A stretch of DNA of 64,000 nt from Xanthomonas sp. (GCA_020693165.1 JAIMJQ010000001.1:142-64141); one strand, 5' to 3'. Shown: positions 25,783 through 35,604, numbered from the stretch's first letter. The notes: generated by a model not told the origin, from the letters alone. A program made the numbers and translations.

Positions 25783-26889
25783 TCAGCGGCAGCGCTCCAG
25801 CGTGACCACGGTCAGGTCATCGTGCTGGCGCGCCGTGCTGGCATGTTCGAGGATGGTCGCCTGCAAGCGCCGCGCGGCGTCTGCGGCGCCAGCAGAGGCG
25901 CGCAGCACGTCGAGCACGCGTCCGCGACCGAGTTCCTCGCCGGCAGGACTCTGGGCTTCCTCGACGCCGTCGGTGGTCAACATCAGCACTTCGCCGGTGG
26001 CCATCGCACGCTTGAGCACGCCAACGTCGGGCTCGGCTTCGGGTCCGAGCGCCAGGCCGGTGTCGTTGCCGAGTTCGATGACCTCGCCGCCGGCGAGCTT
26101 CAGCAGGCCGGGCGGATGGCCGGCGCAGGCGATCTCGATCGAATGCGCGTGCGGATCGAACATGACCGCCATCGCGGTGACGAACAGCCCGGGCTCCAGC
26201 ACCTTGTGCAGCGATCGATTCAGGCGCCGCAGGATTGATTCCGGCGAGCCACAGGCGGGGACGATTTCGAACAGCATGCCGCTGACGAAGGCCATGTACA
26301 TCGCCGCGGCGACGCCCTTGCCGCAGACATCGCCCATGACGACCGCCTGGCGACCATCGTTGGCGATCGCCCAGTGGATGAAGTCGCCGCCTACGCCGAG
26401 TGCCGGCACGATGACCTGGCCGATCTCGTAGCCGTCGATCGTCGGCGGCGGATCCGACAGCATGCGCCGCTGCGAGATGCGCGCCAGCAGCAATTGCGGC
26501 TCGACCCGCAGGCCGCCGGCGATGGTGGCGTGTTCGCTGCCCGGGACCTCGGTCAGCGCGAGTGGCTGGGCGATACCGCTGGCCGGCGAGATGAACACGC
26601 GCAATTGCAGATGCCCCAGGCGCAACTGGTCGCCGTCGGCCAGCAGGTAGGGTTTCTGAGGTTCCAGCGGCCGCCCGTTGACGAAGGTGCCGTTGGCGCT
26701 GGCGAGATCCTGGACTTCGACCTCGTGTCCACGCACATCGAATTTCACATGCCGGCGCGAAACCGTCGGGTGCTCGAGCACGATGTCGGTCGCTGGATCG
26801 CGCCCGCACACGCCGCCACCCGAAATGTCGAGAAGTTGGGTGGCGCCGAGCGCATCGGTGCATTGCAGGCGAACGCGGATCGCGGACAT
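25783..26889 (-). CDS. FHA domain - PP2C/SpoIIE-type serine/threonine phosphatase fusion
   Basis: FHA: GRDPATDIVLEHPTVSRRHVKF...DLASANGTFVNG. Phosphatase: GGDFIHW, GDVCGKGVAAAMYMA, LLTTDGVEEA. The start is uncertain (ATG 26889 chosen; the track ORF extends to 27036). Confidence 0.8.
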   Translation of the reverse strand: MSAIRVRLQCTDALGATQLLDISGGGVCGRDPATDIVLEHPTVSRRHVKFDVRGHEVEVQDLASANGTFVNGRPLEPQKPYLLADGDQLRLGHLQLRVFISPASGIAQPLALTEVPGSEHATIAGGLRVEPQLLLARISQRRMLSDPPPTIDGYEIGQVIVPALGVGGDFIHWAIANDGRQAVVMGDVCGKGVAAAMYMAFVSGMLFEIVPACGSPESILRRLNRSLHKVLEPGLFVTAMAVMFDPHAHSIEIACAGHPPGLLKLAGGEVIELGNDTGLALGPEAEPDVGVLKRAMATGEVLMLTTDGVEEAQSPAGEELGRGRVLDVLRASAGAADAARRLQATILEHASTARQHDDLTVVTLERCR

Positions 26890-27037
26890 CTGGGAGGCGT
26901 GACGAAACTGTCGAGACGCCCAGATTAGCAGCCCGCACCGATCGCGTTCACATCCTGACGGAATCTTTGCCCTGGGGCTCAGGTCCGGAGCGGCTGGCGT
27001 GGCTCCATGGTCATAGGAAAACCATATCGAAGTCATT

Positions 27038-27051
27038 CAATCAATTGATTG
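27038..27051. promoter_or_regulatory. Perfect 14-bp palindrome in the AT-rich ahpC upstream region (candidate operator)
   Basis: CAATCAATTGATTG lies 62 nt upstream of the ahpC ATG, with ATAGgaaaaccATAT just upstream (27013-27027), reminiscent of OxyR-type ATAG-N7-CTAT half sites. Pattern only. Confidence 0.35.
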
Positions 27052-27112
27052 GTGCGATGCAGTGCAAGCTCGTAAAATAATTGGCTGTTCACCCACCCCC
27101 AGGAGCTTGCCA

Positions 27113-27676
27113 ATGTCCCTCATCAATACTGCAGTGAAGCCGTTCAACGCGACCGCTTTCCAGACCGGCAAGTTCATCGCCGTCTCCGAAGCCGACCTCA
27201 AGGGCAAGTGGTCGGTCGTGTTCTTTTATCCGGCCGACTTCACCTTTGTCTGCCCGACCGAGCTTGGCGACCTTGCCGACAACTACGCCGAGTTTCAGCG
27301 GCTGGGCGTGGAGATTTACGCGGTGTCGACCGATACCCACTTCACCCACAAGGCGTGGCACGACACCTCCGAGACCATCCGCAAGATCCAGTACGTGATG
27401 GTGGGCGACCCGACCGGCACGATTACGCGCAACTTCGGCGTGATGATCGAGGAAGCGGGCCTCGCCGATCGCGGCACCTTCGTGATCGACCCGGAAGGCA
27501 AGATCCAGATCGTCGAAATCAATGCCGGCGGCATCGGGCGCGATGCCAGTGAACTGCTGCGCAAGGTGAAGGCGGCGCAGTACGTCGCCTCGCATCCGGG
27601 TGAAGTCTGCCCGGCCAAGTGGCAGGAAGGCGAAGCCACCCTGGCGCCGTCGCTGGACCTGGTCGGGAAAATCTGA
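27113..27676 (+). CDS. ahpC: Alkyl hydroperoxide reductase subunit C (2-Cys peroxiredoxin)
   Basis: [16 protein letters not shown] (peroxidatic Cys) and EVCPAKW (resolving Cys) are present. 187 aa from ATG 27113. Confidence 0.97.
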   Translation: MSLINTAVKPFNATAFQTGKFIAVSEADLKGKWSVVFFYPADFTFVCPTELGDLADNYAEFQRLGVEIYAVSTDTHFTHKAWHDTSETIRKIQYVMVGDPTGTITRNFGVMIEEAGLADRGTFVIDPEGKIQIVEINAGGIGRDASELLRKVKAAQYVASHPGEVCPAKWQEGEATLAPSLDLVGKI

Positions 27677-27684
27677 CCCGCCGC

Positions 27685-27714
27685 GGCGCCGGCCTGGCCG
27701 GCGCCGCCATTTTG
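27685..27714 (+). terminator. Intrinsic terminator/attenuator between ahpC and ahpF
   Basis: GGCGCCGGCC t GGCCGGCGCC hairpin followed by gccaTTTTggg. Confidence 0.55.
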
Positions 27715-27715
27715 G

Positions 27716-27778
27716 GCAGAGCGGAGCGTGCACCGCTGCTCTTCGCCAGTCGGAGCCGAGCAATCTCCGCACTACAAC
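27716..27778. repeat. Degenerate family B (GTAG/CTAC-type) REP-like unit
   Basis: gcagagcggagcgtgcaccgctgctcttcgcc...ggagccgagcaatctccgcaCTACaacc; related to the units at 6595-6696. Confidence 0.5.
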
Positions 27779-27811
27779 CGCATCGCGTCCGTCGCTCTTG
27801 AGGAACCCATC

Positions 27812-29386
27812 ATGCTGGATGCCAATCTGAAAGCTCAGTTGCGCGCCTACCTCGACAAGCTCGCGCTGCCGATCGAACTGGTGGCGTCGCTCGACGACAG
27901 TGCCAAGTCCCGCGAACTGGACTCGCTGCTGCAGGAACTGGCCAGCCTGTCGAATCTGATTGAAGTGCAACGCGCGGATGATGACGCACGACGCCCGTCG
28001 TTCCTGATCCGGCGCACCGGCAGCGACGTCGGCGTGCGCTTCGCCGGCATCCCGCTCGGCCATGAATTTACCTCGCTGGTGCTCGCGCTGCTGCAGGTCG
28101 GCGGACACCCGCCGAAAATCAGCGCCGAACAGGTGCGCCAGATCGCCGCACTCGAAGGCGACTATCAGTTCGAAACCTTCTATTCGCTGTCCTGCCAGAA
28201 CTGCCCGGATGTGGTGCAGGCGCTGAATACGATCAGCGTGCTCAATCCGCGTATTCGGCACGTGGCGATCGATGGCGCCTTGAACCAGGCCGAGGTCGAG
28301 TCGCGCCAGATCATGGCAGTGCCGAGCGTTTATCTGAACGGCGTGGAGTTCGGCCAGGGACGCATGAGCCTGGAACAGATTCTCGCCAAGCTGGATAGCG
28401 GCGCCGCAGCGCGGGAGGCCGCGGCGCTGAAGGACAAGCAGACTTTCGATGTGCTGGTCGTGGGTGGCGGTCCGGCCGGTGCGGCGGCGGCCATCTATGC
28501 GGCACGCAAGGGCATCCGTACCGGGATCGTCGCCGAGCGTTTCGGGGGTCAGGTGCTCGACACCATGGGCATTGAAAACTTCATTTCGGTCCGCGAGACC
28601 GAAGGCCCGAAGCTGGCCCGCGAACTGGAGCAGCATGTGCTCAGCTACGATGTCGACCTGATGAACCTGCAGCGCGCCGAGGCACTGCGCCGGGTCGATG
28701 ATCTGGTCGAGATCGATCTCGCCAGCGGCGCGACACTGCGTGCGCGCAGCGTGGTGCTGTCCACCGGCGCGCGCTGGCGGCAGATGAACGTGCCCGGCGA
28801 AGATCAATATCGCAACAAGGGCGTGGCTTACTGCCCGCATTGCGACGGTCCGCTGTTCAAGGGCAAGCGCGTGGCGGTGATCGGCGGCGGCAACTCGGGT
28901 GTCGAGGCGGCGATCGATCTCGCCGGCATCGTTGTCCACGTCACCCTGATCGAGTTCGACAACCAGCTGCGCGCCGACGAGGTGCTGCAGCGCAAGCTGC
29001 GCAGCTTGCCGAATGTTCGCGTGATCACCTCGGCGCAGACCACCGAGGTGCGCGGCGATGGAACGCGTGTGACCGGCCTGCTGTACAAGGACCGCATCAG
29101 CGGCTCACTGCATCCGCTCGAACTCGACGGCATCTTCGTGCAGATCGGGTTGCTGCCGAACACCGAATGGCTCAGGGGCAGCGTCGAGCTGTCACCGCGC
29201 GGCGAGATCGTCATCGACGACCGTTGCCAGACCTCCGTGCCGGGTGTGTTTGCGGCCGGCGATGCGACCACGGTTCCGTACAAGCAAATCGTGATCGCGA
29301 TGGGCGAGGGCTCCAAGGCAGCGCTCAGCGCATTCGACCATCTGATCCGGCAGCTGGCGCCCGCGCAGTTGGCGCAGGCGGCGTGA
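27812..29386 (+). CDS. ahpF: Alkyl hydroperoxide reductase subunit F
   Basis: [17 protein letters not shown]...; redox-active CQNCP and CPHCDG disulfides; FAD/NAD folds ([28 protein letters not shown]). Confidence 0.97.
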   Translation: MLDANLKAQLRAYLDKLALPIELVASLDDSAKSRELDSLLQELASLSNLIEVQRADDDARRPSFLIRRTGSDVGVRFAGIPLGHEFTSLVLALLQVGGHPPKISAEQVRQIAALEGDYQFETFYSLSCQNCPDVVQALNTISVLNPRIRHVAIDGALNQAEVESRQIMAVPSVYLNGVEFGQGRMSLEQILAKLDSGAAAREAAALKDKQTFDVLVVGGGPAGAAAAIYAARKGIRTGIVAERFGGQVLDTMGIENFISVRETEGPKLARELEQHVLSYDVDLMNLQRAEALRRVDDLVEIDLASGATLRARSVVLSTGARWRQMNVPGEDQYRNKGVAYCPHCDGPLFKGKRVAVIGGGNSGVEAAIDLAGIVVHVTLIEFDNQLRADEVLQRKLRSLPNVRVITSAQTTEVRGDGTRVTGLLYKDRISGSLHPLELDGIFVQIGLLPNTEWLRGSVELSPRGEIVIDDRCQTSVPGVFAAGDATTVPYKQIVIAMGEGSKAALSAFDHLIRQLAPAQLAQAA

Positions 29387-29454
29387 CCCGGCCCCTCAGA
29401 CGTCTGCGGTGCGGAAAGCCGCAGGCGTCGTCACCTTGACTCGACGCGCTATTT

Positions 29455-29474
29455 TCATGATTATCGAATCATGG
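29455..29474. promoter_or_regulatory. Candidate ArsR/SmtB operator overlapping the arsR start codon
   Basis: Imperfect inverted repeat TCATGATT atcg AATCATGG (7/8). TTGACT (29436-29441) and GATTAT (29459-29464) are spaced 17 nt apart as a possible promoter, implying a near-leaderless transcript. Confidence 0.35.
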
Positions 29475-29791
29475 AATCAGTTAGGGTCATTGAGGCACTG
29501 TCGGCGCTTGCGCACAAGTCGCGGCTCGCGGTATTCCGCTGGCTGGTGCAGGCTGGACCTGAAGGCGGCAATCCGGGCGAGATCGCCGCGCAGCTGGGTT
29601 TGGCGCCGGCGACCCTGTCATTCCACCTGAAGACGCTGATGCAGGCGCGTCTGGTGCAGGCGACGCAAACGGGCCGCTTCATCTGCTACACCGCCGATTA
29701 CGCTGCAATGCGCGATGTCATCGCCTACCTGACCGAGAACTGCTGCGGCGGGCAGCCGGAAAAGTGCGCGCCGGGCGAGTGCGGGCGATGA
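29471..29791 (+). CDS. arsR: ArsR/SmtB family metalloregulator
   Basis: 106 aa with wHTH (LSALAHKSRLAVFRWL...ATLSFHLKTL) and a Cys-rich C-terminal tail ENCCGGQPEKCAPGEC. Confidence 0.85.
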   Translation: MESVRVIEALSALAHKSRLAVFRWLVQAGPEGGNPGEIAAQLGLAPATLSFHLKTLMQARLVQATQTGRFICYTADYAAMRDVIAYLTENCCGGQPEKCAPGECGR

Positions 29792-29822
29792 GCGTCGGCC
29801 GTCCGCGGTTCAAGGACATTCA

Positions 29823-30206
29823 ATGAAGCGCGTATTGTTCGTCTGCATCGAGAATTCCAATCGCAGCCAGATGGCCGAGGCCTTCGCGCGCTTGCTCGGT
29901 GGCGCCAGTATCGAAGCTCAAAGTGCCGGTTCCCGGCCCTCCGGGCGGATCAACCCGAAGGCGATCCGCTTCATGGCCGAACTTGGCTACGACCTGAGCA
30001 CCCACGAATCGAAATCGCTGGACCAGGCAACGGGCGAATTCGACGCGGTGATCACCATGGGCTGTGGCGACAACTGTCCGTGGATTCCGGCGCAGCGGCG
30101 CGAAGACTGGGCGCTGCCCGATCCGCGCGACATGGACGATGACGCCTACCGGGCCGTGCGCGACGAAATCAAGGCGCGCGTCAAAGCGCTGCTGGATTCA
30201 CTGTGA
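29823..30206 (+). CDS. arsC: Arsenate reductase, low-molecular-weight phosphatase type
   Basis: 127 aa, P-loop VCIENSNRS (CX5R-S), plus downstream GCGDNCP. Confidence 0.85.
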   Translation: MKRVLFVCIENSNRSQMAEAFARLLGGASIEAQSAGSRPSGRINPKAIRFMAELGYDLSTHESKSLDQATGEFDAVITMGCGDNCPWIPAQRREDWALPDPRDMDDDAYRAVRDEIKARVKALLDSL

Positions 30207-30342
30207 ATTGCCGTGCCGTTCGGCGGGTGGGCAGGGGTATCACCTCACGGCGCCGTTCAAGACTGCCCCGAGCTCAGTCGCTTGCCTCCGGCCCCTTGAT
30301 CTTTTTTGATCTGGTTCGGTCTGCAGACGCTATCGTCTAGTA

Positions 30343-31239
30343 ATGTCAGACCACCACCACTCGCACGAGCACCCCACGCCGAAGAACTTCGATCGCGCAT
30401 TCGCGATCGGCATCGGCCTGAATCTGGCGTATGTGCTGATCGAGGCCTGGTACGGCTGGAAGGTCGACTCGCTGGCGTTGCTGGCGGATGCCGGGCACAA
30501 CCTGTCCGATGTGATCGGGCTGGTGCTGGCGTGGGGTGGCGCGCTGGCGGGCCGCTTGCGGCCGGATGCGCGGCATACCTATGGATGGAAGCGCGCCAGC
30601 ATCCTGGCGGCCTTCGTCAATGCATTGTTGTTGCTGATGGCGATGGGCGCGCTGGTGTGGGAGGCGCTGCAGCGGCTGGGCGACCCGCACCCGCTCGCCG
30701 GGTTCACGGTGATGGTGGTGGCCGGCGTTGGCATCGTCGTCAACACCGCTACGGCGCTGTTGTTCATGCGCGGGCGCGAGCAGGATCTCAATATCCGCGG
30801 CGCTTTCCTGCACATGGCGGCCGATGCGCTGGTGTCGGTCGGCGTCGTGATCGCCGGCGCGCTGGTGCTGTGGTTGGGCTGGAACTGGCTTGACCCGCTG
30901 GTGAGTCTGGCGATCGCCGCGGTCATCGTGATCGGCACCTGGAGCCTGTTCCGGCAGTCGCTGCACCTGCTGTTCGACGGCGTACCCGACAGCATCGACC
31001 TGACTGCGGTGCGGACCCTGCTGCAGGGGCTGCCGGGCGTCAGTCGCGTGCATGACCTGCACGTGTGGGCGATGGGCACCACCGAGATCGCGATGACCGC
31101 GCACCTGGTGATGCCCGATGGCCATCCGGACGACGCATTCTTCGTGCATGCGACCGAGGAACTGCACCATCGCTTCGACATCGATCACGTCACCCTGCAG
31201 GTGGTGCGCGTGGCATTCACCGAGCCGTGCGGGGACTGA
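30343..31239 (+). CDS. czcD: Cation diffusion facilitator (Zn/Co/Cd efflux), CzcD/ZitB-like
   Basis: His-rich N-terminus HHHSHEH, six TM segments, metal-site motifs HNLSD and HMAADA, and a C-terminal cytoplasmic domain. Confidence 0.9.
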   Translation: MSDHHHSHEHPTPKNFDRAFAIGIGLNLAYVLIEAWYGWKVDSLALLADAGHNLSDVIGLVLAWGGALAGRLRPDARHTYGWKRASILAAFVNALLLLMAMGALVWEALQRLGDPHPLAGFTVMVVAGVGIVVNTATALLFMRGREQDLNIRGAFLHMAADALVSVGVVIAGALVLWLGWNWLDPLVSLAIAAVIVIGTWSLFRQSLHLLFDGVPDSIDLTAVRTLLQGLPGVSRVHDLHVWAMGTTEIAMTAHLVMPDGHPDDAFFVHATEELHHRFDIDHVTLQVVRVAFTEPCGD

Positions 31240-31242
31240 TCG

Positions 31243-32538
31243 ATGTCGGTAACCGACAAGACGGCCGTACCGTCGACAACGATCAGTGCCGAGCGGCTGA
31301 ATGCTGGTTGCTACTGTCGTACGCTCGATCCCGAACGCCTGCGCCAGCAACTGGAATCCGAGCCTGGTCTCGCCGGTTCGGCCGATTTGCTGCACGCAAC
31401 CCGCCCGCACTTGTTTTCGGCCACAGCGGTGTTCGTTGCGGCCGGTGTGGCGCGCACGATGGCGGCCGCCGTCGCCGCGATCGAGCGCGTCGTCGCGCTG
31501 CCGGCGTTCCAGCAGCAAGCGCTGCAGCGGGCTCCCGAGATCGCATCCGTTACCTTCGGGCCGAAGGGCGCATTCATGGGCTACGACTTTCATCTGTCGC
31601 CGCTCGGCCCCAGACTGATCGAGATCAACACCAATGCCGGTGGCGCGGTCCTCAACCTGACGCTGGCTCGTGCGCAACAGGCGTGCTGCGATCCGCTCGG
31701 CCGCGCTGAGCTCGATCGCGCCCTCGCCGGCGTCGAGCAGCAACTGGTCGAGATGATGCTCAGCGAGTGGCGGCTGCAGCGCGGCGGAGCCGCGCTCGGC
31801 ACGCTGGCGATCGTCGATGATGAACCCGCGGCGCAATACCTTGCGCCCGAGTTCGAGTTGATGCGGCAACTGTGCGCGCGCCATGGCATCGATGCGCGCA
31901 TCGTTGATGCCGGCACCCTGGAGTGGCGTGAAGGCCGCCTCTGGCACGATCGACGCCCGCTCGATCTGGTCTACAACCGGCTTACCGATTTCTATCTGAC
32001 CGACGCGCGCCACGCGGCTTTGCGCGCGGCATTTGTCGCCGGCGCCATAGTACTGACGCCACATCCGCGCGCGCACGCGCTGCACGCGGACAAGCGCAAT
32101 CTGGTGGTTCTGAGCGATCCGTCGCTGCTCGCCGAATGGGGCGTCAGTGCCGCCGATCGCGAGTTGCTCGCAGCGGTGGTTCCAACCACGCGCAGCGTCG
32201 CTGAAGCCAATGCGGACGAGCTCTGGGCGTCGCGCCGCCATTGGTTTTTCAAGCCCGCCGCGGGCTTCGGCAGCAAGGCGACTTACCGCGGCGACAAGCT
32301 GACGCGCCGGGTCTGGGGCGAGATTCTGGCTGGCGACTTCGTCGCCCAGGCGTTGGTGCCTCCGGCCGAACGCGGGGTGGATGTCGACGGCAGCCGCAGC
32401 GACCTCAAGTTCGATATTCGCGCCTATGCTTACGACGGTCAGGTGCAGTTGTTGGCGGCACGCATGTACCGCGGACAGACGACCAATTTCCGCACGCCCG
32501 GTGGCGGCTTTGCGCCGGTGGTGGTGCTGGAGCGGTGA
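31243..32538 (+). CDS. Hypothetical protein with ATP-grasp-like core (glutathionylspermidine-synthase / circularly-permuted ATP-grasp flavour)
   Basis: 431 aa; starts 3 nt after the czcD stop. The FMGYDFHLSPLGPRLIEINTNAGG block is the kind of strand-loop seen in ATP-grasp folds. The assignment is by pattern memory only. Confidence 0.45.
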   Translation: MSVTDKTAVPSTTISAERLNAGCYCRTLDPERLRQQLESEPGLAGSADLLHATRPHLFSATAVFVAAGVARTMAAAVAAIERVVALPAFQQQALQRAPEIASVTFGPKGAFMGYDFHLSPLGPRLIEINTNAGGAVLNLTLARAQQACCDPLGRAELDRALAGVEQQLVEMMLSEWRLQRGGAALGTLAIVDDEPAAQYLAPEFELMRQLCARHGIDARIVDAGTLEWREGRLWHDRRPLDLVYNRLTDFYLTDARHAALRAAFVAGAIVLTPHPRAHALHADKRNLVVLSDPSLLAEWGVSAADRELLAAVVPTTRSVAEANADELWASRRHWFFKPAAGFGSKATYRGDKLTRRVWGEILAGDFVAQALVPPAERGVDVDGSRSDLKFDIRAYAYDGQVQLLAARMYRGQTTNFRTPGGGFAPVVVLER

Positions 32539-32669
32539 TCACGGCCGCGGCCAGCCAAACCCGGAGACGCCAAGAACGCAGAGAGAAGCCACTGGGCAAG
32601 GCAGTTCATTTGACCGGTCCGTTCGAAGCGGGTAAGCCGGACGTCGTCAACAGTGAATAAATCGGGAGC

Positions 32670-33224
32670 CTATTCGCGTGCCTTCAGCGTGTTGCGCAGC
32701 GTCCCCGTGCCCGCTTGGAAGGCCCAGTCGCCGCCGTACTCGATGTCGTCGAGGCGCAAGTCCCCGTCGACGCGCAGCAGCAGCGCACGATCTTGCCACT
32801 GCACACGATCGCCATCGCCGCCGTAGCTGCGATCGAGCGTCACCCGAATGCGATTGTCGACCGCGCTGACCGCAACCGCGCGCGTGCTCTGCGCGCCCTC
32901 GAACAGGCTGCCGAACAGGTCGCCTTCGATGAACGGCGGCTTGTCCTCGCTGCCTTCGCGCTGCATGCGTTCGATCTCACCCTTTTGCCACGTGCGTGCG
33001 GCTTCGAGCGACTGCCGCAGTTCGTCGCTCAGCATTGGCGCCAGGGCCGTCATCTGCGCGTCGTCCGGGAGGCCGCGGATCTGCAGCGATTCGATCTGGT
33101 CGAAGATCGCTTGCGCGACTTCGAGTTCGCTCGGCACTGCGGGCGGCGGCGTCTGCTGCTCAGCCGGCGTCGTGCATGCGGCGAGCCACAGGACCATGAT
33201 CGACAGCAGCAAAGGAAGGTGCAT
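32670..33224 (-). CDS. Lipoprotein, hypothetical
   Basis: The internal ATG at 33224 gives MHLPLLLSIMVLWLAAC (lipobox). 184 aa. No family is confidently recognised. Confidence 0.65.
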   Translation of the reverse strand: MHLPLLLSIMVLWLAACTTPAEQQTPPPAVPSELEVAQAIFDQIESLQIRGLPDDAQMTALAPMLSDELRQSLEAARTWQKGEIERMQREGSEDKPPFIEGDLFGSLFEGAQSTRAVAVSAVDNRIRVTLDRSYGGDGDRVQWQDRALLLRVDGDLRLDDIEYGGDWAFQAGTGTLRNTLKARE

Positions 33225-33321
33225 TCGACAGGTGCGGAACGACGGCCCGGTGAGTGCGGACGGATACTGGCGATAGTGACCGTTCGATGCGCGAGATTCC
33301 CGCCAGCGACCGCACGATTCC

Positions 33322-34602
33322 TCAGCGCACATTGCCGATCACGATCTCGACCTTGCCGGCGGCGCGCCATTCCAGCGCGGCGCTGAGGCCCTCGAGGTCG
33401 CCGGACTGCGGCAGAGCATTGCCCGAGCGCGACACACGGGCGCCGACGATCACGCGCGGAAACTGCGCCAGCGACATGCCGGCGATCATTCCCATGGATT
33501 CATCCAGGCGCAGCGTCAGCGGCAGTTCCCCGGCGGTGCGGCGCTGGATCGCCAGTGGTGCCGGCGGGCCGGCCTCGGCGCGCGCGAACACGAACAGGGT
33601 ATCGCCGGGTTGCACCAGATCGGCCAGTTCCGGTGCAACTTTCACGGTCACATCGATGCCGGCAGCATTGGGGTCGGGCGGCGCGTTGCCGGCTGCCGGC
33701 GGCGTGGCTGTCGCTACGACCGGCGCAGCCGCGACTTCCATGGGTCCCTTGCCGAGGCGACTACGGACGATGTTCAGTTGCTCCACGACTGCCTGTTGCG
33801 CCGGGCTGCCCGGGTCCATCAGCCCGAGCAGACGCTCCCAGGTGGCTTCGGCTGCAGCCGGATCGTCGGCCTGCGCGCGCGCCAAGCCCTTCAGGAACAA
33901 CGCGTTCTGATTGGTGGGACTGAGTTCGAGTGCGCGGTCGACCAGTTTTTCGGGTTCACCGCTGAGGGAGCGCGGATTCAACGACAGGCCCATCGCCTCG
34001 GCTGCCTCAGCCAGCAGATCGGGATCCTCCGGCAGCAGCGCCCGCGCCCGCGTGTAGGCCTGGTTGGCCTCCGGGAAGCGGTCGATGGCCCGGTAGGTGC
34101 GCGCCAGCAGCGCCCAGCCCTCGCCATCGTCCGGCGTTGATGCCAGCTTGGTTGCCAGGGTTTCCGCGGCCTTGACCAGGTCCGGCGCGTTACTGTTGGC
34201 CGCGTTGCCGTCGGCGGTCACCGAGGTCGCGCTGCCGGGCCCCTTGAAGCCGAGGGCATTCGGGCTGCCGATCTGGTCGTAGAGCCAGAAGGTGGTCACC
34301 GGTATCGCCAGGACCAGCACCAGTGCCGTGCCCTTGGCGATGCGCGACGCGCCCGGCGCGGCGGCGGGCGCCTCGATCAACGCCAGTGCCGCGGCACTGA
34401 GCGCCTGCTGCCTGGTGGCGAAGGCGTCGTCGTCGACGAGGCCGGCCGCGTGCGCCGACTTCAACGCGTCGAGTTGCTCGCGCAGCAGCGCGGTTTGTGC
34501 CCTCACTGCGCCGCCGCGGGGAGGCCGCAGCAACGGCCAAACCACTAGCGCCAGCGCTACCACCACCGGCAGCGCTGCCAGTATCCAGAAACCTGTCGTC
34601 AT
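33322..34602 (-). CDS. ccmI: Cytochrome c-type biogenesis protein CcmI (CycH), TPR-containing
   Basis: An N-terminal TM hairpin, TPR-like repeats, and the last position in the ccm operon. Confidence 0.85.
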   Translation of the reverse strand: MTTGFWILAALPVVVALALVVWPLLRPPRGGAVRAQTALLREQLDALKSAHAAGLVDDDAFATRQQALSAAALALIEAPAAAPGASRIAKGTALVLVLAIPVTTFWLYDQIGSPNALGFKGPGSATSVTADGNAANSNAPDLVKAAETLATKLASTPDDGEGWALLARTYRAIDRFPEANQAYTRARALLPEDPDLLAEAAEAMGLSLNPRSLSGEPEKLVDRALELSPTNQNALFLKGLARAQADDPAAAEATWERLLGLMDPGSPAQQAVVEQLNIVRSRLGKGPMEVAAAPVVATATPPAAGNAPPDPNAAGIDVTVKVAPELADLVQPGDTLFVFARAEAGPPAPLAIQRRTAGELPLTLRLDESMGMIAGMSLAQFPRVIVGARVSRSGNALPQSGDLEGLSAALEWRAAGKVEIVIGNVR

Positions 34603-34639
34603 CCCAGAAACCTCTGTTGATCGCTATCCGATCGGGGAC

Positions 34640-35080
34640 TCACCAATCTTCTTCGTCTCTTGCCGTGCCGGCGATCGCGGCCGACGCGCCGGCGCGGCGC
34701 TTTTTCAGGTGCAGGACCAGCGCTACTGCGCCGCCGGCCAGGATCACGAACGGTCCGAACCAGAGCAGCCAGGTGCCGCTCTTGACCTCGGGCCGGTAGA
34801 GCACGAACTCGCCGTAGCGATCGACCAGGAACGCCTTGATCTCGTCGTCGCTGCGGCCGGCCTGCATCTGCCGGTGGATCTCCTGGCGCAGTCCGCCGGC
34901 GACATTGGCTTCGGAATCGGCGAGGCTCTGGTTCTGGCATTGCAGACAGCGCAATTCTCGCAGCAACTGCTGATAGCGCAGTTCTTCGGCGCGGTCGGCA
35001 AACTCGAGCGGCTCGATCGCCGCCAGCGACGACCATCCGAACAGGAGCGCGATCACGATCGCACGCAGGATGGCAGTCAT
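34640..35080 (-). CDS. ccmH: Cytochrome c-type biogenesis protein CcmH
   Basis: LRCLQCQNQSLADS (LRCxxC) motif; 146 aa. Confidence 0.93.
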   Translation of the reverse strand: MTAILRAIVIALLFGWSSLAAIEPLEFADRAEELRYQQLLRELRCLQCQNQSLADSEANVAGGLRQEIHRQMQAGRSDDEIKAFLVDRYGEFVLYRPEVKSGTWLLWFGPFVILAGGAVALVLHLKKRRAGASAAIAGTARDEEDW

Positions 35081-35604
35081 CGAGGGCGCCCCTCCAGCAG
35101 CGGCATCACCGTCTGCTCCATGTCCGCGACCGACAGCGCCCCGATGTGCTTGTACAGAATCGTGCCGTCGGCGGCGATCACGAAGCTCTCGGGTGCGGCA
35201 GCGACGCCGAAATCGATGCCGATGAGGCCGCTGGGGTCATACAGAATCTCGGAATAGGGGTCGCCGAACTGGCGCAGCCACTGCAGCGCATCTGCGGACT
35301 CGTCCTTCCAGTTGAGTCCGACCAGATGCAGCCCGCGCTCGCGCGCATAGCGTTCGAGCACCGGGTGCTCGATGCGGCAAGTCGGACACCAGCTGGCGAA
35401 CACGTTCAGCAGATAAGGCTTGCCGAGCAGCGAAGTCTTGCTGCGGATGACACCGGGGTTGCGCAGCTCCGGCGCCGAGAACTCCGGCGCCGGCTTGCCG
35501 ACCAGCTTCGATTCCAGCACGCGCGGATCCTTGCCGATACCGCTCCACAGCAGCACCGCGATCGCGACGAAAACAATCAGCGGGATGGCGGCGCGTGGAT
35601 TCAT
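35077..35604 (-). CDS. ccmG: Thiol:disulfide interchange protein DsbE/CcmG
   Basis: NVFASWCPTCRIEHP thioredoxin motif; overlapping stop/start with both neighbours. Confidence 0.93.
   Translation of the reverse strand: MNPRAAIPLIVFVAIAVLLWSGIGKDPRVLESKLVGKPAPEFSAPELRNPGVIRSKTSLLGKPYLLNVFASWCPTCRIEHPVLERYARERGLHLVGLNWKDESADALQWLRQFGDPYSEILYDPSGLIGIDFGVAAAPESFVIAADGTILYKHIGALSVADMEQTVMPLLEGRPR

Noticed and set aside
27089-28939. 616-aa minus-strand ORF
   Set aside because: It is antisense to ahpC and ahpF, both of which carry their diagnostic redox-active cysteine motifs.
29403-29424. Terminator after ahpF (CTGCGG...CCGCAG)
   Set aside because: It has only a 6-bp stem and no T-run, which is too weak to report as a feature.
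30346-32241. 631-aa minus-strand ORF
   Set aside because: It is antisense to czcD and the ATP-grasp-like gene, with no recognisable domain. czcD is well supported on the plus strand.
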